DNA of 64,000 nucleotides, taken from a virus (taxonomy: Duplodnaviria; Caudoviricetes). The position numbers and the translations under genes were made by a program. Each line of letters starts with the position of its first letter. Position 1 is the first letter of the stretch. The notes under the pieces are model-generated. The model did not search any database and had not been told where the DNA came from. It saw only the letters and a list, made by a program, of their open reading frames with translations. The stretch covers positions 1,164-65,163 of IMG/VR virus record IMGVR_UViG_3300010882_000013, one strand, 5' to 3'. This document shows, piece by piece, positions 1-8,229 of the stretch.

Positions 1-27
1 TATGTACGCGCGTGTACGGATTGGCAT

Positions 28-438
28 TTGATGAACGGCAATGGGTATTATATGGGGTACTATCCATTCTATGTTGTTATTCCTAAAAACGATCCGTTAC
101 GGTTCCGCTTGCATGGACAGAGCAGGCCGGGTACTAGGCGGTGTTCTACGAGTGTGCTCAAATACTATGGGGTATGGGACTATTTGCAAGAGGCGATCAG
201 TATGGCCTTGTATGACGCAATATGGGTACAGTCATACTATACTTCTCCAGACAAGCCCGCTTGGTTAGGACTAGAAGAAGACTTTGGATCGCAGATACCC
301 ATTAATGAGGCCGCCTATCTTGACCTTGCCAATGGTAGTCCAGACTCCAGCAAAGAGAGGGAGTTGATCCGGGCTATGCGCAAGGTAGGGTATAGCGTAA
401 GTAAATCAGGTAACTGTATTACAGTTACAAAATATTGA
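28..438 (+). CDS. hypothetical early protein
   Basis: 136-aa ORF; no recognisable motif. Confidence 0.55.
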   Translation: MMNGNGYYMGYYPFYVVIPKNDPLRFRLHGQSRPGTRRCSTSVLKYYGVWDYLQEAISMALYDAIWVQSYYTSPDKPAWLGLEEDFGSQIPINEAAYLDLANGSPDSSKERELIRAMRKVGYSVSKSGNCITVTKY

Positions 439-657
439 CAGTAGACTGTCAAAAGGGGACACTATGCGTATAGTAGACTATGTGGCAAGCAAAGAGCAGA
501 AAAATGCTCCGGGTAAACCTTCCCTGTACATAGGTAGGGTTCACATCGATCTCAAGTCTGGCGCCTACCAGATCAAGGATGACAGTAAGAAGACTGTCTT
601 TGTAGGTCAAGCCCACAATTAGGGCTTGCTCCATAGTGTCTGGTTCAATCCAGACAC

Positions 658-686
658 TTGACATAATCAATCAGATTCAGTATGAT
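658..686 (+). promoter_or_regulatory. sigma70-type promoter
   Basis: TTGACA(658-663)-17 nt-TATGAT(681-686). Confidence 0.7.
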
Positions 687-791
687 TGATTATATCAAGT
701 GTGATACACTTGGAAGGAGCAATACTATGTGTAAGAAAGACAAGCGGTTTAGGAAGAATCGGAAGGCTATGCGTATAGCAAGGGGTAAAGT

Positions 792-1052
792 ATGATCTGT
801 ACTAATGCGGTTACCGGGCAAAGAGCAATGGTTCCAGACAGTAAGGCCAATGCTTCACGCGCAATGGATAGGGACGATATCTACAACACTATCCGTATGT
901 TGTCATTCAGTCAAGGCTCGTATGGGCGGATGCTCCACTCCCTTGATCAATTAAGGCAAGAAGAACCGGACAAATATGATGAAGTCATGACAGAACTGGA
1001 GAATCAGAACTTCCACGATCCGGTTGATCTTGTAATGTATTTAGAGTGTTAG
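792..1052 (+). CDS. hypothetical early protein
   Basis: 86-aa ORF preceded by AAGGGG SD-like sequence. Confidence 0.6.
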   Translation: MICTNAVTGQRAMVPDSKANASRAMDRDDIYNTIRMLSFSQGSYGRMLHSLDQLRQEEPDKYDEVMTELENQNFHDPVDLVMYLEC

Positions 1053-1054
1053 AG

Positions 1055-1088
1055 TATAGCAATGGACTAGTAATAGTCCCTTGCTATA
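1055..1088 (+). terminator. stem-loop after the ORF ending at 1052, possible terminator
   Basis: TATAGCAA..GGACT/AGTCC..TTGCTATA inverted repeat; no clear U-tract. Confidence 0.35.
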
Positions 1089-1117
1089 GATATACTATAG
1101 TCAGGCCATAAGCCCTG

Positions 1118-1147
1118 TTGACAAACTAATCTGATGTTTGATATAGT
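1118..1147 (+). promoter_or_regulatory. sigma70-type promoter with extended -10
   Basis: TTGACA(1118-1123)-18 nt-TATAGT(1142-1147), with TG before the -10. Confidence 0.65.
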
Positions 1148-1184
1148 ATATCTATAGCAAGGTAATACTTGCAAGGAGCGTATT

Positions 1185-1370
1185 ATGAGAGTATCATATA
1201 TGATTGAGCATGGATCAAGGCTCATGGATCATGAGGAAGTGATAGTTAATAACGTGTATCTAATTGACATCCACTTCAAACCGGACGGGGCTCAAGAGCT
1301 TGAGTTGAATACAGAAAACGGAGATCCAATATACATTGATCCCTTGCAATTAAGGAGCGTAACGGAATGA
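1185..1370 (+). CDS. hypothetical protein
   Basis: AAGGAG SD; ATGA overlap with next ORF. Confidence 0.6.
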   Translation: MRVSYMIEHGSRLMDHEEVIVNNVYLIDIHFKPDGAQELELNTENGDPIYIDPLQLRSVTE

Positions 1371-1615
1371 CACTCAAATTATCAGGGAACATGGTAGAAA
1401 TACCCATTGATCCGGTATGTAAGCCATTACAGAAAGAGGATTATAACATCGTGGAGCATGGTGTATATAATAGCAGGGCGGAGTTGATAACTCATATATA
1501 TCAACTATATGAGATAGAACCCATAGATGGATCACTTGACGAGGGTATGTTTTTTGAATCATACACCGAAGCGAAGGACTATCTGGACAAACTAATAGGG
1601 GAGAATGATGAATAA
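1367..1615 (+). CDS. hypothetical protein
   Basis: coupled ORF in early operon. Confidence 0.6.
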   Translation: MTLKLSGNMVEIPIDPVCKPLQKEDYNIVEHGVYNSRAELITHIYQLYEIEPIDGSLDEGMFFESYTEAKDYLDKLIGENDE

Positions 1616-1988
1616 CGAATACGATAATGCCTATGACAAATTGTGTGAGCTCTCTGGAGAAGACGTACTCAAACTGTTCATGGACTATCACGGAACAGAT
1701 ATACTGTATGATGACGACTTCATGGACTATTTACATGATGAGGGCGTGCTCGACTACCCGGATGTATGGTGTGCAAGTTGCGGCTGTAGGATCAATGGCA
1801 ACGAGTATAATGAGGCTTGCGATCCCACTTGCCATGATTGTGGAGAACCATTGTGTCCAGAGTGCTTGACCCATTGCTCGGACGAAAATGATCGATGTCC
1901 TACTTGCGCGGCTCTCTATGAGGAAGAAGTGCAAGAGGATGTGGCAAAGAATAATGAAGCATTAAGGGAGGAAGTAAACCATGGTTAA
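1605..1988 (+). CDS. acidic Cys-rich (CxxC) hypothetical protein
   Basis: several CxxC pairs; GGGAG SD. Confidence 0.65.
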   Translation: MMNNEYDNAYDKLCELSGEDVLKLFMDYHGTDILYDDDFMDYLHDEGVLDYPDVWCASCGCRINGNEYNEACDPTCHDCGEPLCPECLTHCSDENDRCPTCAALYEEEVQEDVAKNNEALREEVNHG

Positions 1989-2175
1989 AGTAAGAATATG
2001 GACATTTTTACCGTACAGTAGTTCAGGCTCAATGTTCAATGTATATGACGCAGAGAGCTTATCCATCGGCGGAGCAATACACATATACCGTAAGGGCCTA
2101 GAGGCAATAACCTTGCGCAAAGATGACGTATATGCTCTGGAATGTGAATCAATGGAGGACAAACATGGCGAGTAA
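1981..2175 (+). CDS. hypothetical protein
   Basis: GGAGG SD; overlaps previous stop. Confidence 0.55.
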   Translation: MVKVRIWTFLPYSSSGSMFNVYDAESLSIGGAIHIYRKGLEAITLRKDDVYALECESMEDKHGE

Positions 2176-2761
2176 TACCAATTTATTACAGGCTCGGCGC
2201 TGTATTCAGGCGTGCAAACAGCAACGGCGGCTAGTCCTGAAACGTGATGAAGTACGGGTCGGGGATCATAATCCTGATGGCTCAATCGGATGTATGATAT
2301 GGGAATACCACGGCAACCCCATTGCTATCTATGACGGCAAGAAGTGGATGGTATCATACTGTGGATGGAATACCATAAGCACGTATAACCGGATACATAC
2401 GCTGGAGTGTCAAGAAGGGGGGAGGCTCCCACGGTATTGGGGAGGTGCTATTGAGCTCAAGAATTACCCAAAGTGTCCAGTGTGCGGGCGCGTGTACCTT
2501 GATCGAGAGAGCATAGAGAAGTGTCAAGAAGTTCATGCAAACAAGGGTAAACGAGATCGCTTCTCATGTATACATGGCGATCAATTTGACGGACGATGGA
2601 ACTTTCCTGATGGTTGCTATATGAATGTAAAGTATTATCCTATAACGAAGTCATTTTATATTATCTTATACGATCCTACCGGAACAGACTATCAACAAAA
2701 TTGTGTGGACGTATATACGCTCAGGAAAGTATTACGATGGAACAAAGGGGTAAAAGCATGA
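2123..2761 (+). CDS. hypothetical protein (likely start 2166, MASNTN)
   Basis: GGAGG SD before 2166; CPVCG zinc-knuckle-like motif. Confidence 0.6.
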   Translation: MTYMLWNVNQWRTNMASNTNLLQARRCIQACKQQRRLVLKRDEVRVGDHNPDGSIGCMIWEYHGNPIAIYDGKKWMVSYCGWNTISTYNRIHTLECQEGGRLPRYWGGAIELKNYPKCPVCGRVYLDRESIEKCQEVHANKGKRDRFSCIHGDQFDGRWNFPDGCYMNVKYYPITKSFYIILYDPTGTDYQQNCVDVYTLRKVLRWNKGVKA

Positions 2762-3003
2762 AGAAATACAGGATGATCTTCATTATAGAAGAAGATGCTC
2801 ACATAGAGGATCATGTAACCAAAGGGGTTGCTAAGATGAGGGATAGGATAAACAATCTTGCTATTGGTAAACAAAACTGTTATAAGGACGAGCGCCATAG
2901 CGTTCAAGACCTTATGGAATACTTTGAAGACTGTAAAGCAAGTGATCCTACAGATGACTTTGATCACTTACATATTGTGTACAGAAGCGTGAGGGAGATA
3001 TGA
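2758..3003 (+). CDS. hypothetical protein (MKKYRMIF...)
   Basis: ATGA overlaps at both ends; C-terminal part of track ORF 2614..3003. Confidence 0.55.
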   Translation: MKKYRMIFIIEEDAHIEDHVTKGVAKMRDRINNLAIGKQNCYKDERHSVQDLMEYFEDCKASDPTDDFDHLHIVYRSVREI

Positions 3004-3410
3004 TAGATAATAACCAATATGTACAGCATAATGGGGTATGCCATATAAAGAATTGGGCTCCGAGGCATATACAATGCTATAAATTGAAACGATACAAGGG
3101 CCTTGATCCATATACCATTGTCTTCACCCATGCCAACAAATGGGCCGGAGCCCTCTACATAGGGCAGGTGTACTATGTGTCAGCAGGGGCCGGAGTGTGG
3201 CAACACGGAGAAGTAGAACGGGGAAAGCAGGGCAATTTCGGGAGCCGGGTTCGGTTTTATGACTTGCCAAAGACTATCCAGCGTGCTATAATAGAAGAAT
3301 ACGAAGAAATCTGGCATATTTCCATGACGGTAACCGATGCGTCCTTGCCCTCTATAGATGGGGAAAAACCGTACCTGTGCATTGATTGGAAAGCAACGCC
3401 GAAAAGTTGA
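3000..3410 (+). CDS. hypothetical protein
   Basis: GGGAG SD; ATGA overlap. Confidence 0.6.
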   Translation: MIDNNQYVQHNGVCHIKNWAPRHIQCYKLKRYKGLDPYTIVFTHANKWAGALYIGQVYYVSAGAGVWQHGEVERGKQGNFGSRVRFYDLPKTIQRAIIEEYEEIWHISMTVTDASLPSIDGEKPYLCIDWKATPKS

Positions 3411-3544
3411 GAGCGCAGAGGGCCTTTTCCTTCTAAAAGTAGGGAGCAAATTATGATCATAATTACCCCTACTGTTTTACCGACTTAAAATCTTTTTTGA
3501 TACATCTTATGTTGACATAGGATGAACCCTAGGAGGTTACGATT

Positions 3545-3587
3545 TTATGATCATAACTGGTAACAACGCGACAATGTGTGATACTAT
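3545..3587 (+). promoter_or_regulatory. repeated promoter/operator unit, copy 1
   Basis: TTATGATCATAA palindrome + CTGGT, then 25 nt to extended -10 TGA-TACTAT; a second palindrome lies at 3449-3464. Confidence 0.7.
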
Positions 3588-3844
3588 GGAGGTATGCGAA
3601 TGAATGACAAGATGACCTGTGTGGAAGCGTGCGAACAGAACAAGTGCCCGAACCATTGTTGGGGTAGCGCCGGGAGGGATTGCATATATCTACCCGGACA
3701 CATTAAGGAGATGCTCAATGCTCGCAGACAACAAGAAGCAAACAAGACACATCCAGTCGGTTAGTGCTTTAATCCAGTTAGTGCAGGGCGACAAGAACAT
3801 TCACCCTGTGTTCAAACAGGCTTGTATAGAAACACTCAAGGAGT

Positions 3845-4051
3845 ATGCTTATGGCAAGAGCAATGATCAAGTTAGTAGTTGAATGGGAACCGGATTGCCC
3901 AGAAATGGTTGAATGGCATGAACTGAATGATGAGTATTCTACTAGTACGCTGGAGGATGTGATGGCTTATATTGAGAGTACCGTTAATTCTAATGCTCAG
4001 TTTGATCATGTACCGATAGAGGTTACTGATTGTGTGGAGGTGATAGCATGA
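3845..4051 (+). CDS. hypothetical protein
   Basis: AAGGAG SD. Confidence 0.55.
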   Translation: MLMARAMIKLVVEWEPDCPEMVEWHELNDEYSTSTLEDVMAYIESTVNSNAQFDHVPIEVTDCVEVIA

Positions 4052-4332
4052 AGTGTGATCGATGTGATGCTGAACTGGATGATAACTGGCAACGAGAAGA
4101 AGATAGAGGGTCGAACAGGTATGGCGGAGTGTGTGATAATTGCGGGGACAATCTCTGCTTTGCCTGCGGCGGACAATGGAGTGAAGATGGCGTATGCCAA
4201 CTCTGCCTAGAGGAGTTAGGGATTCTCTATGACGGTGAACCATGCGCAGATACGTTAAAGGAAATCGCGGATGGTGCAGTAGAGAATCATATCGAAGAAT
4301 ATAAAAATATGGGAGGTACATTCAATGGTTAA
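4030..4332 (+). CDS. Cys-rich zinc-binding hypothetical protein (likely start 4048)
   Basis: four CxxC pairs; GGAGG SD before MKCDRC. Confidence 0.6.
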   Translation: MCGGDSMKCDRCDAELDDNWQREEDRGSNRYGGVCDNCGDNLCFACGGQWSEDGVCQLCLEELGILYDGEPCADTLKEIADGAVENHIEEYKNMGGTFNG

Positions 4333-4356
4333 CTATCATGGTAGATCATATGTCTG

Positions 4357-4635
4357 GTGGCCTATGCTTATTGGTATGTGGGGGATCGGCGTGCTCATGG
4401 GCGTGGTGCTTGTAGCATGGTGGTGTATATGAATCCTAACGGTATGACAAAACTTGTATTAGCAATATGCCAACAGTGGGTTAGTGATGGCAAACCTGCT
4501 AGTAGCAGGGAGAGTATTGAAAGATATGCCGGAGCATTGCGTGAGGCTCAAACACTGCATCGTAGAGCATGGTATAATCAAGCACGCCGGAACGTCCGTG
4601 TTCATAATGAAGATAAAGATTGGTATCAGTTATGA
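4357..4635 (+). CDS. hypothetical protein
   Basis: ORF in the early run; start uncertain. Confidence 0.45.
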   Translation: MAYAYWYVGDRRAHGRGACSMVVYMNPNGMTKLVLAICQQWVSDGKPASSRESIERYAGALREAQTLHRRAWYNQARRNVRVHNEDKDWYQL

Positions 4636-4991
4636 GTGCGACACCACTTGATATACTATTACTCAAGAACTATACCGACAATATTGATCAATTACGAGAG
4701 GACTGTGCTCTACGGTTAGAAGAATTGAAACAAGCCATTAGAGAATCTACTCATAACAGGAACATTGTCGGTGGAGCGCTCACTAAGGCTAGTGCTCAAC
4801 GTTTACGGACAATGAGCAAGCGAGATATAGCAATGATCAATCTACTTGATGCATTGTTAGCAAACATTGGTATAAGCGTAAGGGACAAAGAGCCTGCACG
4901 TTTACAGTTATCACCTAATGCTTATAAGGGTATTGAACGATTATTGTATCCTTGTAGGCGGTTTATAAAAAAGGAGGATAAACATGATTGA
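4620..4991 (+). CDS. hypothetical protein
   Basis: 123-aa ORF overlapping neighbours. Confidence 0.55.
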   Translation: MVSVMSATPLDILLLKNYTDNIDQLREDCALRLEELKQAIRESTHNRNIVGGALTKASAQRLRTMSKRDIAMINLLDALLANIGISVRDKEPARLQLSPNAYKGIERLLYPCRRFIKKEDKHD

Positions 4992-5147
4992 TAGAAAGGA
5001 AGTTGTATCTTGCTTAGACAAAGCGGCGTGTATCATAAGTGATTGTAATTATGATACTTGTAATCAATGCCCGCAGTTAAAAGCCTGTAATATACTGGCT
5101 GATAGGCTCATGTTCTTTGTAGCAAGTAAGCAGGGAGGTGGAGGACA

Positions 5148-5486
5148 ATGAGGAAGTTAAGACAGAAACTTACATTTGATCAGATGCTGTTTGTTTCAAG
5201 TAAGATACATGATTGGAGCAAGCCTGTTACGGAAACAGTACATCGTTCCTTTGAACTCATTGATGCTTGTGATTCATTCATGAGCGCATACGATCATGTG
5301 GAGGAGATGCAAGATGAAGGGCTTAGTTTAATACAGATGCTCATGAGTCAAGGTATAACTCTCGACACGGCGCTCGATGAGTTACGAAAAAACTATGAGA
5401 GGGCTGGTAAGAATGATCCAGAATCTCTTGCTGATGATCTAGAAAAGATGAGGAGGGAGTGGCATGATGCCGAAGCAAGGAGATAA
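5148..5486 (+). CDS. hypothetical helical protein
   Basis: GGAGG SD. Confidence 0.6.
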   Translation: MRKLRQKLTFDQMLFVSSKIHDWSKPVTETVHRSFELIDACDSFMSAYDHVEEMQDEGLSLIQMLMSQGITLDTALDELRKNYERAGKNDPESLADDLEKMRREWHDAEARR

Positions 5487-5667
5487 AGGCCATGTGCCTA
5501 CACAGCATGAGTATCAAAAGAATTACGAGGAGCGAGAGTATACCCGCATGAAGTATCAGTACGGAGATTTCACCGCAGGGGAAACTATTACTGCTCTGGT
5601 TATGATGGGCTACTCTAAAGATAGAGCCGAAGTGTTAGTTCGAGAATGGAGGGGCAAACATGGATGA
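5464..5667 (+). CDS. hypothetical protein
   Basis: GGAG SD; overlaps neighbours. Confidence 0.55.
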   Translation: MMPKQGDKGHVPTQHEYQKNYEEREYTRMKYQYGDFTAGETITALVMMGYSKDRAEVLVREWRGKHG

Positions 5668-5829
5668 TAGATGGGTTCCTGAATGGAAAGGGTATGAACT
5701 TGAACGACAAATTGACATCTGCTTGAAAAAGATTGTAGAGCTACAGTCTTTAGTGAGCCGATTGGAAGGCAGGTGTGATGGCATTGATCATCGCTTACAA
5801 CAACTAGATTACTATAAAAAGGATGCATA

Positions 5830-6234
5830 ATGAGTGAACATGATGATAGCCGAAGAATAGTTGGTACGCTACGGCAACACGGTTGTATGGTACAGCCTAT
5901 TGAAACGAAAGTGCGGAACGGAATCCCGGACTTGTATATTGCGTGTCGGGATGGTAAGAAATGGGTGGAACTCAAGCACGTCCGGGCCAATTTTGATGCG
6001 AGCAAATTGATTAAGGTTCCGTTCAGGCCGGGCCAACAGGAATGGGCCTTAGAGCATTTGCAGGCTACAGGTGATACAGTTTCTTTACTCATTTTGTTTC
6101 AGGACATTGGGTTATTTGGAATGGAGTTAACTCACTTATATCCCGATAAGTGTGTCCCGATGTCAAAATTATACCGTATTGATGGTAGTGAGATTGGCCT
6201 TGCGACCGGGATTATAAAATATTTGTTTAATTGA
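5830..6234 (+). CDS. PD-(D/E)xK nuclease, VRR-NUC/Holliday-junction-resolvase-like
   Basis: GIPDLY...WVELK and RPGQQEW motifs. Confidence 0.8.
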   Translation: MSEHDDSRRIVGTLRQHGCMVQPIETKVRNGIPDLYIACRDGKKWVELKHVRANFDASKLIKVPFRPGQQEWALEHLQATGDTVSLLILFQDIGLFGMELTHLYPDKCVPMSKLYRIDGSEIGLATGIIKYLFN

Positions 6235-6241
6235 TACGATT

Positions 6242-6284
6242 TTATGATCATAACTGGTTTTAAGCCCTTAATCTATGATAGAAT
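6242..6284 (+). promoter_or_regulatory. repeated promoter/operator unit, copy 2
   Basis: TTATGATCATAA-CTGGTTTT-N12-TATGATAGAAT; same spacing as copy 1. Confidence 0.75.
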
Positions 6285-6401
6285 AAGGGTATGATTTGAG
6301 AACCAAGGTACTTAATACCTGTGGTGTCAGGCGTTTCAAGTAGCCCTGTGGTGAAAAGAAACGAAGAACCTAGATAACCTACACGGTAGAGGAGGTATAC
6401 T

Positions 6402-6872
6402 ATGGGACTGTTAAATAATCAGGGTGCTGGTGCGCCCGCTTCCGGCGTTCAGGGTAATGCTGCTTCGGCTCCTGCTGCCGCTCCGGTGGACAATGCTGAA
6501 CTTGCGAAGAAACGTGCGGACGCCAAGGCTGCTAAAGAGGCTGCCAAGGTAGTGGTAAGAGCATACTTTGAACCACTCCGGGCTAACATGAAAGCCGATA
6601 TAATCGCGGCTTTTGAATTGCTTACGAAAGCGGCAAAGGCTGGCGGCGGTGGTGTTGGTGAGCCTATCTTCGATAAGATCTTCGGATCGAATCCGCAGGT
6701 TGGACAATCGGTTACTGTTGGTGATGTATTCAATAAACTGTACAAGGGCATTGACTACATGAACAGCAAGTGCAGGATTTGGAAGCAGAAGAATGTGGCT
6801 ATTGTGAAGTACGTTCATAATCCGCAGAATCCTATCCAGAGCCAGTACGTGATCGAGAAGATCGGGGCATAG
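6402..6872 (+). CDS. Ala/Lys-rich hypothetical protein
   Basis: strong GAGGAGG SD; followed by terminator. Confidence 0.75.
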   Translation: MGLLNNQGAGAPASGVQGNAASAPAAAPVDNAELAKKRADAKAAKEAAKVVVRAYFEPLRANMKADIIAAFELLTKAAKAGGGGVGEPIFDKIFGSNPQVGQSVTVGDVFNKLYKGIDYMNSKCRIWKQKNVAIVKYVHNPQNPIQSQYVIEKIGA

Positions 6873-6882
6873 TGTTTCAACT

Positions 6883-6910
6883 GACCCCGGCATATGCCGG
6901 GGTCTATTTT
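6883..6910 (+). terminator. intrinsic terminator
   Basis: GACCCCGGCATATGCCGGGGTC perfect inverted repeat followed by TATTTT. Confidence 0.7.
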
Positions 6911-6927
6911 GGCAAGGAGGTTTAATC

Positions 6928-7167
6928 ATGTCTGATGATACTGATCCACAGTTAGAAGATGACGACACTCTTGATGATGAATCACAACTTGAAGAAGATG
7001 ATGACGATTTACTTGAACAAGAGGCCGAAGAACTCGACACCGAAGAAGACATAGACTATGAAGACGAAGATGACGAGAACTTCGATGATGAAGAAGACTA
7101 CGATGATGATTACGAATCTGACGAGGAAGACGATTACGATGATGATTATAATGAGGTAGTGGACTAA
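6928..7167 (+). CDS. hyper-acidic small protein (DNA-mimic candidate)
   Basis: 50 of 79 residues are D/E, no K/R/H; AAGGAGG SD. Confidence 0.7.
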   Translation: MSDDTDPQLEDDDTLDDESQLEEDDDDLLEQEAEELDTEEDIDYEDEDDENFDDEEDYDDDYESDEEDDYDDDYNEVVD

Positions 7168-7850
7168 TGCCCACACCGCAGGCACCGTCATCAGGTGATG
7201 CGTTTTGGAACGTTGCTCTGGAGTGTTCGTTAAGACGAGCACACGGCAAATGTAAGTGTAACTTCGATGATCCAGCGTGTAATAACTGTAGGGTATACTT
7301 GCGAAAGTATACTCAAGCAAGTGAAGCAGGAATCCAGATGCTTCTATTGCATACAGATACAGCGGCGAATGGGGATAGACGTTCTAATAGAAAGCATCAC
7401 ATATTCTTTGCAGTGCTAGAGGCTATCTTTATCTTAATTGCTATTAGTGCTTGGCGCTTTGATCATAGGCCAAAGCCTATGGACATACCACAGAGTGTTG
7501 TAGCATCGGTAGATGTAGATAAGGAGATCAGAGACACGCTGGTATTGGTCAAGCGTGATCTTATTAACAGAGTTGATATGAACCATGATGGGCTTATCAA
7601 CTGTATTGATTCGGCGTGCTTATTCTATAAATACTTTCCTGATAAAAGCAGGGTGTGTATCGAGTTGAATTACAATCCGCCGATGAATCACCTGTTCTGT
7701 TGCGTGCTTGTTAACGGAGCATGGAGAGCAGTGGAACCGCAGACATACTGGTTAGGCAGACAAGAGTATTGGATGTCTAGCGTATGGAGCAATTATGATA
7801 GTAGATACAACACGGACAGGACGTCTGAATATCTACAGTATATTAAGTAA
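7167..7850 (+). CDS. membrane-anchored transglutaminase/papain-like Cys peptidase candidate
   Basis: TM segment (IFFAVLEAIFILIAISAW); NCIDSA...NHLF...WRAVEPQ Cys-His-Glu-like arrangement. Confidence 0.5.
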   Translation: MPTPQAPSSGDAFWNVALECSLRRAHGKCKCNFDDPACNNCRVYLRKYTQASEAGIQMLLLHTDTAANGDRRSNRKHHIFFAVLEAIFILIAISAWRFDHRPKPMDIPQSVVASVDVDKEIRDTLVLVKRDLINRVDMNHDGLINCIDSACLFYKYFPDKSRVCIELNYNPPMNHLFCCVLVNGAWRAVEPQTYWLGRQEYWMSSVWSNYDSRYNTDRTSEYLQYIK

Positions 7851-7898
7851 TCTACGAGGGATTACCTTCCCCTCCTGATTATACTTTTTGCCAAACCT

Positions 7899-8016
7899 TC
7901 GCCTACTGTGGGTTATCAGTAGGACTTGCGACTATAATGTAATGGGAGCATACCGGGTTCGTTCTGCATAGGACACTCCTTTTCCGGTAGTGTAGGTTCG
8001 ATTCCTACTAGGCGCA
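7899..8016 (+). ncRNA. tRNA-like element with enlarged central region
   Basis: T-arm GTAGG-TTCGATT-CCTAC (7992-8008); TAGGCG (8009-8014) pairs with CGCCTA (7900-7905); no canonical anticodon loop. Confidence 0.45.
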
Positions 8017-8021
8017 TAGTT

Positions 8022-8106
8022 TGTAAAGCAGTTTGCATTGTAGGTGTCAGTTACTTCTACCATCAATGAAAACTACTGATGCTGTTGTTTATCAGACTGC
8101 TTTACA
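8022..8106 (+). ncRNA. Ro60-associated Y-RNA-like module, copy 1
   Basis: 14-bp terminal stem; CATTGTAG; inner stem GTGTCAG/CTGATGC; TTACTTC; TGTTTAT. Confidence 0.7.
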
Positions 8107-8107
8107 A

Positions 8108-8225
8108 AGCACTTTGTATTGTAGTAGTCGCTTACTTCTTCTGTCAAAAAGAACCTGCGCCGTTCAACTCGGTGCGTGAGCCGGATGCTCGGTAAATTAG
8201 CGGTTACGTTGTTTATCAAAGTGCT
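8108..8225 (+). ncRNA. Ro60-associated Y-RNA-like module, copy 2, with T-loop hairpin
   Basis: AGCACTTTG/CAAAGTGCT stem; TATTGTAG; TAGTCGCT/AGCGGTTA; TACTTC; T-arm-like GCGCCG-TTCAACT-CGGTGC; TGTTTAT. Confidence 0.7.
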
Positions 8226-8229
8226 GTTT

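Noticed and set aside
435-452. TTGACAG-TAGA-CTGTCAA inverted repeat as a promoter or operator
   Set aside because: Single copy, and no -10 element at 16-18 nt spacing; left uncalled.
6290-6400. Riboswitch or structured leader before the 6402 gene (two CCTGTGGTG copies)
   Set aside because: Only short hairpins are present and there is no recognisable aptamer consensus, so the evidence is too weak.
6411-7320. Antisense Ser-rich and hydrophobic ORFs (6411..7052, 7009..7320)
   Set aside because: Shadow frames of the Ala-rich and Asp/Glu-rich sense genes; no SD and opposite to the local transcription direction.
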